From an uncultured bacterium (lineage in GTDB: Bacteria > Chloroflexota > UBA5177 > JANWHV01), in the NCBI GenBank assembly GCA_963729625.1, contig CAVSOU010000011.1, positions 128,001 to 192,000 on the forward strand: a stretch of DNA of 64,000 nucleotides, given 5' to 3'. Shown piece after piece: positions 54,564 to 62,447 of this stretch. Position 1 is the first letter of the stretch. Every line of letters begins with the position of its first letter. A program made the translations under genes and the position numbers. Under the pieces are notes generated by a model. The model worked only from the letters and a program-made list of their open reading frames with translations. It had not been told where the DNA came from and made no database searches.

Positions 54564-55268
54564 GTGGAACAGATAGAGCTTCGCGGCGTTACGAAGGCTC
54601 TCGGCAAGGGCAACCAGCGCATTGTGGCCATCACCAATGTGAATCTGGTCATCTCCAGAGGCGCCTTCCTCAGCATTACCGGACCGTCGGGATCCGGCAA
54701 GACCACATTGCTCAGGCTGATCGGCGGCTACGAGAAACCTTCGGCCGGCTCCGTCCTGGTGCAGGGCGTGAATCTCGACACGCTGAAGTTTCTCAAACGG
54801 CGCCGCTTCATCGCGAGTACGTTCGCGTACATGCCCCTGTTCATCGACACGCGCCGCTACCGTACCGCGCTGGCCATGGTGATGGCCGATCTCCCTCGCT
54901 CCATGGCGAAAGATGAGAAACGCCGGCGAGCCATGGCGATGCTCGAACGCGTCGACGTCGCCAATCATCACGCGGCATCGCCCCTCAAGCTATCTGGTGG
55001 CGAACAGCGACGCGTCGCTCTGGCACGGGCGCTGGTAACCGAACGGCCCATTGTGCTGGCTGAGGAACCAACAGGGCAGGTCGATCCGGTCACTGGGCGG
55101 GCGCTGCTCGCACTGATGCGCGAAATCAACGCTCTGGCCAGCACGACGTTCATCGTGGTGACAGAGAATGAAGCCCTGGCGCGTGAAGCAAAGCGCACGA
55201 TCCGGCTCGAGGAGGGCCGAATCACCTACGATCTCGGAAGATCGATTGCGCCCTTACCACGCTCCTGA
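54564..55268 (+). CDS. ABC ATP-binding protein (LolD/MacB-like) with degenerate motifs
   Basis: GPSGSGKTT, LSGGEQRR, but LAEEPTG and VTEN. Confidence 0.8.
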   Translation: MEQIELRGVTKALGKGNQRIVAITNVNLVISRGAFLSITGPSGSGKTTLLRLIGGYEKPSAGSVLVQGVNLDTLKFLKRRRFIASTFAYMPLFIDTRRYRTALAMVMADLPRSMAKDEKRRRAMAMLERVDVANHHAASPLKLSGGEQRRVALARALVTERPIVLAEEPTGQVDPVTGRALLALMREINALASTTFIVVTENEALAREAKRTIRLEEGRITYDLGRSIAPLPRS

Positions 55269-55534
55269 GCTCGCGCGACCACTGAGGCGCCAAGGTCCCT
55301 GCACATCCAGTCGAATTCGCATATAATAGGGAAAGGTGCGCGGCGCCCAGCCTCGGTCGTTGCCGTACCGCGAGAGTTGAGTTGCGGGTCCGACACCCGC
55401 TAGACGTCGGGAGATCGCCTAGAGGATACGAGCGAGACAGTTGGTCGGCTGGTTTACCCAGCTTTGGGAGAGCGGTTTTTACCGAAAAGTTCTGTCTTCG
55501 ACGGACCACGCGTGCCTTAGAAAGGTATGTGCAC

Positions 55535-56638
55535 ATGGCTAGCGTATCCTTGAAACACGTCTACCGCAAGTTCGGCGACGTTATCGCCGTAAACGACGTC
55601 AATATCGACATTCTGGACAAAGAGTTCCTGGTCCTCGTCGGCCCGTCCGGCTGTGGCAAATCCACTACCCTCCGCTTGATTGCCGGTTTGGAAGAGATTT
55701 CCGGCGGCGAGATCATGATCGGCGAGCGCATTGTGAACGACGTGCCGCCGAAGGACCGCGATATCGCAATGGTATTCCAGAGCTACGCGCTCTACCCGCA
55801 CATGAATGTCTATGACAATCTGGCCTTTGGTCTGCGGCGCCGCAAGACTCCCAAGCAGGAAGTCGACAAGCGCGTCCGCGCTACCGCGCAGTCGCTGGGC
55901 ATCGACAACCTTCTCGACCGCAAACCCAAGCAGCTTTCAGGTGGCCAGCGCCAGCGCGTCGCGGTTGGTCGCGCCATCGTGCGCCAGCCAAAGGTCTTCT
56001 TGATGGACGAGCCGCTTTCGAACCTCGACGCGAAGCTGCGCGTCGAGACCCGCGCCTACCTGATCAAGCTGCACCAGCAGCTGCAGACTACGGTCATCTA
56101 CGTCACCCACGACCAAACTGAAGCCATGACCATGGGAACGCGCATCGCGGTGATGAAGGACGGATTCCTGCAGCAGCTGGCGGCGCCCCAGGAAGTCTAC
56201 GATCATCCGTCCAACATCTTCGTCGCCGGCTTCATCGGCAGCCCGTCCATGAACTTCTTCGATGCGCGGGTGGTTACCGAGGGTCAGTCGTCATGGGTCG
56301 ACACGGGCGTGTTCCGGGTGCGCTTGCTTGGTGAGAAGCGGCAGAAGGTTCTCGATCACAGCTCGCAGGAGCTTGTGCTCGGCATCCGCCCCGAGGATAT
56401 CTACGACCGCGCGCTCCTCTCGGAAGCGAATCCGTCCGATGTCGCTACCGTGAATGTCGAAGTGGTAGAGCACATGGGCAGCGAGATCTACGTGTACTTC
56501 GTTGCCGGCAAGGCGCAGTTCGTCGGCCGGCTCGATCCGCGCAGCCGAGCGACCTCGGGCAAGCCGTTGGATGTCATGTTCGACTCCGACCACATTCACC
56601 TGTTCGACAAGAACACGCAGGCCTGCATCTCGAATTAG
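55535..56638 (+). CDS. Sugar ABC transporter ATPase (MalK/MsiK/UgpC family)
   Basis: GPSGCGKST, VFQSYALYPHM, LSGGQRQR, DEPLSNLDAKLR, VTHDQ, TOBE domain. Confidence 0.95.
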   Translation: MASVSLKHVYRKFGDVIAVNDVNIDILDKEFLVLVGPSGCGKSTTLRLIAGLEEISGGEIMIGERIVNDVPPKDRDIAMVFQSYALYPHMNVYDNLAFGLRRRKTPKQEVDKRVRATAQSLGIDNLLDRKPKQLSGGQRQRVAVGRAIVRQPKVFLMDEPLSNLDAKLRVETRAYLIKLHQQLQTTVIYVTHDQTEAMTMGTRIAVMKDGFLQQLAAPQEVYDHPSNIFVAGFIGSPSMNFFDARVVTEGQSSWVDTGVFRVRLLGEKRQKVLDHSSQELVLGIRPEDIYDRALLSEANPSDVATVNVEVVEHMGSEIYVYFVAGKAQFVGRLDPRSRATSGKPLDVMFDSDHIHLFDKNTQACISN

Positions 56639-56656
56639 TAGTCTACCGGCGGTCGC

Positions 56657-56805
56657 TCACCCCGCTGCTGGACGGCCCGGCAGCGGGGTGATTGGCAAGC
56701 CGTGATCGCGGGGCTGGGCGACCGACCACGGCGGGGCTGTGGTGGCCGCCGGCACAATGGCAGATGGATCGCAGGAGGGGACGCCATTCGGCGTCCCCTC
56801 CTGCG
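56657..56805. terminator. Two strong hairpins between convergent genes
   Basis: TCACCCCGCTGCTGG/CCGGCAGCGGGGTGA (56657-56691); CGCAGGAGGGGACGCC/GGCGTCCCCTCCTGCG (56770-56805). Confidence 0.7.
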
Positions 56806-56826
56806 CATGTCCTGTCGATACGGTTT

Positions 56827-57157
56827 TCAGCCCGCCAGGGCACGGAGCAGCGCCATCGCCGCCACTCCGGTAACGACAGTCCCGAGCAGGCTGCGCGTGC
56901 GAGCCGCGACAAGCAGCGTCGGTATGGCGGCAAGCAGGGCGATGTTGTCGGGCGGCAGCGCAAGATGCCCGTCGGGCCGCGTGACGGACTGGGCAAGAAG
57001 TGCCGCCAGCACGGCAATAGGGACATAGCCAAGCCAGCGGATCACCCACCCGGGCAAGGTCGCCCGGCTCAGCAGGGCCAGAGGCAAGCACGCGAACACC
57101 GACGGTCACCAGGCCCGATCCCACGATAGCCGCGAGCACCCACAGCCTCACTTCCAT
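56827..57157 (-). pseudogene. azlD: AzlD branched-chain amino acid transport protein, 1-bp frameshift near 57087
   Basis: LWVLAAIVGSGLVTVGVRVL / PLALLSRATLPGWVIRWLGYVPIAVLAALL in two frames; may be a sequencing error. Confidence 0.78.
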
Positions 57158-57882
57158 CGCGTCTGCTCCTCCAGGGTCACCCCGGCAGTTGCCGAGGTGA
57201 CTGCGGCGGCGATGATCGCCCAGCTGGCAGGGACGATCTGAGCGCCGCCGACGGCGATCATCGCGGAAACACCGGCAACGACAATCGCGTGGCGCAGCCG
57301 TGGATGGCTCGAAATCTGCAGCACCAGCAGCGCCGCGAACATGGCGGCCAGCGCAAAATCCAGCCCCAGTGCGCGCGTGTCAGGGATAGCGCGTCCCACC
57401 AGGGCGCCTGTGGTAGTGGCTGTCAGCCAGGTTGCCTGCGCTGTCACGTTGAGCCCAAACAGCCATGGCGCCGAAGCGACGCGCCCATCGGCAAGATGGT
57501 TCATGGCCACCGAGAAAGTCTCGTCGGTCAGCTCGGCGCCTATGAGCGCGCTCTTCCAGAGCGGGAAGTGCCGTACGCGGGGCGAGAGCGCGGCGCCGTA
57601 CAGGAAATGCCGGATATTCACGAGAAACACCGTAATCACGATGGCCGAGACGGAGGCGCCGGCACCGATCAGCCCGGCTGCTACAAACTGGGCCGATCCG
57701 GCGTACAGCAGCAGCGACATCATGCCGACCTCCAGCGGCGATAGTCCGGCGGTCCGCGCCACCACCCCGAAGGCAAGGCCAATAGCCAAATAGCCGAGAA
57801 TGATCGGCAGACACGCACGGGCGCCGTCGCTGAGCTGCTCTCTCTCTGTCCTGGTACGTGCCGTTTCGCTTGGCTCAGGCAC
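57148..57882 (-). CDS. azlC: AzlC family branched-chain amino acid permease
   Basis: PIILGYLAIGLAFG, YAGSAQF, VNIRHFLY, LTDETF, GLDFALAAMF. Confidence 0.92.
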   Translation of the reverse strand: MPEPSETARTRTEREQLSDGARACLPIILGYLAIGLAFGVVARTAGLSPLEVGMMSLLLYAGSAQFVAAGLIGAGASVSAIVITVFLVNIRHFLYGAALSPRVRHFPLWKSALIGAELTDETFSVAMNHLADGRVASAPWLFGLNVTAQATWLTATTTGALVGRAIPDTRALGLDFALAAMFAALLVLQISSHPRLRHAIVVAGVSAMIAVGGAQIVPASWAIIAAAVTSATAGVTLEEQTRWK

Positions 57883-58045
57883 GGGCAAGCATCCTTTCCA
57901 AGATCGGCCGGCAACCATGGAGCCCGCGCCCGCCGAATAGCGCAATTCGCTTCCAAGTATGACGCCTCCCGGCGGAACGCGGCCACTCGGTGCGCGACGG
58001 ACACGTCGCTCCGGGGTGCCGCCGCCGGAAACCGGGTACCCCACG

Positions 58046-58153
58046 CTCAGTGGCGCACCGTATATGACCGTCGTCGAAACCATTGCCGTGATGGGCTCAG
58101 TCGCACCCGGACTCAGCACTCAGTGGCGCACCGTCTATGACCGTCGATGAAAC
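58046..58153. repeat. Two 35-bp direct repeats separated by 38 bp in the azlC leader
   Basis: CTCAGTGGCGCACCGT(A/C)TATGACCGTCG(TC/AT)GAAAC at 58046 and 58119. Confidence 0.85.
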
Positions 58154-58631
58154 CCCGGCATCACCCACTCTTGTGGGTCCCCGGCCGGGGAGTCTCACTG
58201 ATGACCTAACGGCGGTGTTCAGACCGCCTTCGTCCGGTTTCGTATCCACGGCGACCCATGCTGATTGGGTCTTGCTCCCCCGCTGCTCAGCATGTCCTTT
58301 CGACGGCGGCCCGTGCGCAGGGCAGGGGTCGTCTGGCAGAATGCGGCCCCGCCGGGCGCGACCGACGGCGACCCGCTGCAGTAGGTGCCTCGAGCAGATA
58401 CCCGGGCCTGTGGGCCCGAGCCTCGCCGCTACGGCGGGCCGCCGCCAGAGTCGATCCGCCTGCTCCCTGCGGATCGGCACCCGATCAAAGAATCCAGGCG
58501 CACCCGGTGCTCAGACCCGGCAATCGGTGACGGTGCCCAGGACGTACACTGAATTTGGAACGGCAAGGACGGTTCTTGCCCTGCTAGTATCGGTGCGCAC
58601 GCTGCAAGCGGAATGAAGGAGAGCGCGTCAA

Positions 58632-59486
58632 TTGTACCAATATCGAGATAAGGTAGCTCTCGTCACGGGTGCGTCATCGGGAATCGGCGAGGCATTTGCC
58701 TGGGCACTGGCGCGGCGGCGCATGAGGCTTATTCTCGTGGCCAGGTCAGACGACAAACTTCGCCGGCTTGCCGCCGAGCTCATCCGCAACTACCGCGTAC
58801 GCGTCGAAGTGGCAGCTATCGATCTGGCTGAAGAGGGTGCGACGGATCGGCTGCTTGCGGAAGTAGAACGGTTGGCGATGCCGGTCGACCTGCTTGTCAA
58901 CAATGCCGCATTCAGTAGTCACGGTCCCTTCGAGAGCATTTCCCGGGAACGCGATCACCGGCAGGTGCTTCTCAACGTCGCGGCAGTGGTCGATCTCACG
59001 CATGCCGTGGTGCCGGGAATGCTCGCCCGGGGTGGTGGCGCGATCGTGAACGTCGGCTCGATTCTCTCGTTCTGGCCGTTGCCCGGTGAATCTGTCTATG
59101 CTGCCGGCAAGGCCTTTGTTCTGTCATTTTCCCGGGCACTCGCGGCGGAGTATGGGGATCGCGGGCTTCGCGTGCTGGCGTTGTGCCCCGGCACGACCGC
59201 CACGAACTTCGCCCGAGCCGCGGGAGCTCCCAAGTCTCGCGCCCGCTTTGGCCTGCTCAGCCGGGCGCTGGTTCGCCGGCCGGAGCAGGTCGTATTGACG
59301 GCGATCAGGGCCCTGGAGTCGGGCAAGCCCGTGGCCGTGGACGGCCCGTTCAACCGGCTCGCGGTGTATATGCAGCACCCTGTGCCGAGGATGTTGATCG
59401 CGCGGTGCTTCGCTGCCGGCCAGCCGGCCCTCCGGGCGGCCAAGGTCAGGAGCGCCGAAGCGAATCCCTCCGAGCCTCCGTCGTAA
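58632..59486 (+). CDS. SDR family oxidoreductase
   Basis: ALVTGASSGIG, LVNNAA, YAAGK; TTG start with AAGGAG. Confidence 0.92.
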   Translation: MYQYRDKVALVTGASSGIGEAFAWALARRRMRLILVARSDDKLRRLAAELIRNYRVRVEVAAIDLAEEGATDRLLAEVERLAMPVDLLVNNAAFSSHGPFESISRERDHRQVLLNVAAVVDLTHAVVPGMLARGGGAIVNVGSILSFWPLPGESVYAAGKAFVLSFSRALAAEYGDRGLRVLALCPGTTATNFARAAGAPKSRARFGLLSRALVRRPEQVVLTAIRALESGKPVAVDGPFNRLAVYMQHPVPRMLIARCFAAGQPALRAAKVRSAEANPSEPPS

Positions 59487-59610
59487 GCCGAGGAGCTGCC
59501 GTAATCGCGCGGCTGGCGCTTCAGGTTTTCATGGCCCTTAGGCCGCCACCGCGGCCCACACCGCAGTGGGGATCCCCTTCCATTCGACCTCAGTCGGAGG
59601 CATCCTCAAG

Positions 59611-60501
59611 TCAGGCGCCAAACGCAAGCTCTGCCTGTACCGCCTGGCCTGACGAGTGAAGCCAGTCCACCAGTCCGTAGCGCTCTCGGATCTCGGCAAC
59701 CTGATCTGCGAGCTGTTCGGACGCCCGGCGCGGAGGATACTTGCCCGGGTAGAGCCGAGCGTGGAGCGGGAGGAGCTCCGGATATTCGAGCTCGAGGAAA
59801 CGCAGGTAGTGAGCGCGCTCACCGGCTCCGAGGTGCAACGCGCCGGCGGCGAAGAATGAGGCTCCGTGCTCGGCCGCCGCGCGTACCGTCGCTTCGAGCT
59901 GGTCCGGCCTGCCACTGAGGCCGGGGATAATCGGCGCGGCAAGCACGCCAACGCGCACGCCTGCGCTGGCCAGCGCGGCCATAGCATGGAGCCTCTTGGC
60001 GGGCGGGGCAGTGCCCGGCTCGGTAGCACGCCAGATGGATCGGTCGATCGTAGGAATACTGAAGCACACGACGCATCCCGCGCGCCGCTCGACGTCCGCC
60101 AGCAGATCGATGTCTCGCATGATGAGCGTGCCCTTGGTGACCAGGCTCAGCGGGTTCCGAAAATCGTTGAGCACCTCGAGCATGCGCCGTGTAATGCGGA
60201 ACCGTCCCTCTGCAGGCTGGTACGGGTCGGTCGCGCTACCGATCGAAATGCTCTCTCGGCGCCAGGAAGGCAGTCTCAGCTCGTGGAACAACAGTTCTGG
60301 CGCGTTGACCTTGGCAAGGATGATGCCGGAGAAGTCCTCGTCGACGTTCAGATCCAGGTAGGTGTGCGTGCCGCGCGCGTAGCAATAGTGGCAACCGTGC
60401 ACACAGCCCCGATAGGGATTGATGCTCCACTTGAAAGGCATGCCGTACACGCGATTGATGATTCGCTTGGAGGCGATCTCGCGATACTCGACCCTGGCCA
60501 T
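59611..60501 (-). CDS. Rv2578c-family (spore photoproduct lyase-like) radical SAM protein
   Basis: INPYRGCVHGCHYCYAR CxxxCxxC, ATDPYQPAE, TKG, EPG. Confidence 0.9.
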   Translation of the reverse strand: MARVEYREIASKRIINRVYGMPFKWSINPYRGCVHGCHYCYARGTHTYLDLNVDEDFSGIILAKVNAPELLFHELRLPSWRRESISIGSATDPYQPAEGRFRITRRMLEVLNDFRNPLSLVTKGTLIMRDIDLLADVERRAGCVVCFSIPTIDRSIWRATEPGTAPPAKRLHAMAALASAGVRVGVLAAPIIPGLSGRPDQLEATVRAAAEHGASFFAAGALHLGAGERAHYLRFLELEYPELLPLHARLYPGKYPPRRASEQLADQVAEIRERYGLVDWLHSSGQAVQAELAFGA

Positions 60502-60570
60502 GCTGCCGCCCTCGCTACCAGTAGTCTGTCGCCGGTGAATAGTAGCGCTCACTGGGACCGCAGTCTTGGT

Positions 60571-60598
60571 GCGCTGCCCTGATGCCGCAGCTTCAGGC
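60571..60598. repeat. REP-like palindromic element, copy 3
   Basis: Identical to 18461-18488. Confidence 0.75.
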
Positions 60599-60638
60599 AT
60601 GCACCACAGTGCAACCACGGCACCCAGACAAGATACTA

Positions 60639-60660
60639 GATCATATGTTCCAGTATAGCA
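60639..60660 (-). promoter_or_regulatory. Extended -10 promoter plus LexA (SOS) box
   Basis: Minus TGC-TATACT (60660-60652) followed by GAAC-ATAT-GATC (1 mismatch to GAAC-N4-GTTC). Confidence 0.65.
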
Positions 60661-60708
60661 GGCTTCGACGAACAAGGCTGTTTGGCCTGGGCGGATCGCT
60701 CTTGTACC

Positions 60709-61914
60709 TCACGCCTCCGATTCGAGTGGAAGCACGACTCTCATTTCCGTGCCACCATCCGGCGGGAACGCAGCGTCCATCCGTCCGCCGTGCAGTTCGA
60801 CTATCTGGTGCGACACATAGAGTCCAAGACCCATGCCCGAACGATGGGCGCCTGCGTGCGCCTGGTAGTAGCGGTCGAAGATATGCGCGCGCTCCGTTTC
60901 GGGAATGCCGATACCATGGTCGCGAACGTATATCCGTGCCGGCCCATCGGTGTCTCGCGACACGCTAACGGCTATCTCCCCTCCGTCTGGGCTGTACTTG
61001 ACTGCGTTGTCGACCAGGTTCGTGATCACTTGCTCCAGACGCAGGCCGTCCACCGAGGCGATCAGGCTGGCGGGCGCGTGCACGACCAACGTGTGCGCGG
61101 ACGTGCGCGATTGCGCATCCGACGCTACGGTGCGAATGATAGAAATCAGGTCGGTTTGCTTGCGTTCCAGCTGCAGCCGGCCGGCCTCGATACGCGACAC
61201 ATCGAGCAGCTGGTCAACGAGGAGGTTGATCTTCTCCGATTGCCTGGCGATGGTCTGCAGGGCACGACGTACCAGGGCTGTGTCGGGTTCACGCCCACGC
61301 CCGTAGATCCGGTCCAGCGCTTCCGCGAAGCCCAGGAGACTGGTCAACGGCGTCTTCAGCTCATGCGCCGCGACGGAGAGGAATTCGTCGCGCTGGCGGA
61401 CTGCCTCCTCCGCCGCTTCCGCTCGCAGGCGCTCCGCCTCCGCTTGCCTCCGCTCGGACGTATCGCGTATCACCGCCGTGACCAGTGCCTGGCCGTCGGA
61501 GACGAATGAGCTCAAGCTGATCTCGACAGGGAACATGGAGCCATCCTTCTTCCGCCCGTGCAATTCTAGCCCTGCGCCCATCGGACGCACTCGAGGGCTC
61601 TGATGATATCCCGCGCGATGAGTCACGTGGCGAGCCCGGACCAGCTCCGGCACGAGCGCTTCAACTGTCATGCTCAGCAGCTCTTTGCGACTGTAGCCGA
61701 ACATATGCAACGCCTGGAAGTTGACGAAGACAATTCGACCACGTCCGTCGACGGTCAGGATCGCGTCTGGGACGGATTCTAGCAAGTTGCGGAGATACGA
61801 TTCGGTGATGATCGCGTCGTTCGCCAGATCGCTGAGGCCGTCGCCCGAACCCTCGGCTCCGCGGTTGCTGTCGGGCTCATGGTTTGTCGGGAGCTCTCTG
61901 GTGGGTGGTGGCAT
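60709..61914 (-). CDS. Cytoplasmic PAS-domain sensor histidine kinase
   Basis: PAS (PDAILTVD, KDGSMFPVEISLS), HELKTPLT, NLVDNAVKYS, DHGIGI, GMGLGL. Confidence 0.93.
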   Translation of the reverse strand: MPPPTRELPTNHEPDSNRGAEGSGDGLSDLANDAIITESYLRNLLESVPDAILTVDGRGRIVFVNFQALHMFGYSRKELLSMTVEALVPELVRARHVTHRAGYHQSPRVRPMGAGLELHGRKKDGSMFPVEISLSSFVSDGQALVTAVIRDTSERRQAEAERLRAEAAEEAVRQRDEFLSVAAHELKTPLTSLLGFAEALDRIYGRGREPDTALVRRALQTIARQSEKINLLVDQLLDVSRIEAGRLQLERKQTDLISIIRTVASDAQSRTSAHTLVVHAPASLIASVDGLRLEQVITNLVDNAVKYSPDGGEIAVSVSRDTDGPARIYVRDHGIGIPETERAHIFDRYYQAHAGAHRSGMGLGLYVSHQIVELHGGRMDAAFPPDGGTEMRVVLPLESEA

Positions 61915-62447
61915 TGGATCACTCTCCTGCTAACTGGCGAGATCCTGGCCATTGGTGCGGGCTCGGACATGACGCCCTTTCCGCACTGTCGCCACGCGTC
62001 GCTGCTCAGGCATGGCAGACGGTTAGGATAACATTTCTCCTGCCGGCATGGCGGGAATTGCATCGGCGATGGTTACTTGCGGCACTGCGCTCCGGCTGTC
62101 ACTGCTCTGCGGTGGAGCTTTGTCGTCCCTAGGCCAGGTCACCTTGATATACCGCGCTCGTCGCGTTTCGGCAAGGCTGCCGCGTTCCGCATGCCAGCCG
62201 GCAGGCGCATCACATCACGTCGTCCTCACGGCAACTTCTGCTCGCGGCAACCCGCACCCCACGAGCCGTGCTTGCACGAGGTCCGCCCCCTCAGTAAGCC
62301 GCACAGTGTCGATGGCTTTGGCCGAATTGCCCTCAGCCACAAGAGCCGTTGTGCAACATCGCGCTGCTCCCGTATCATGTCGGTCAACCACGGCGTGGCG
62401 CGAGTCCCATGTCCCTAGTGGCACCATTTTGACATAAGGAGTTACCC

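Noticed and set aside
57900-58330. Canonical lysine, SAM-I/IV or T-box element upstream of azlC
   Set aside because: Only partial motif matches. The AGAGGYGC, AUCNAGAG/GCAACC and GGTGGNACC cores were not found in the correct order.
61915-62447. T-box leader before the proS paralog
   Set aside because: There is only a TAGTGGCACC-like word, with no recognisable stem I, antiterminator or terminator.
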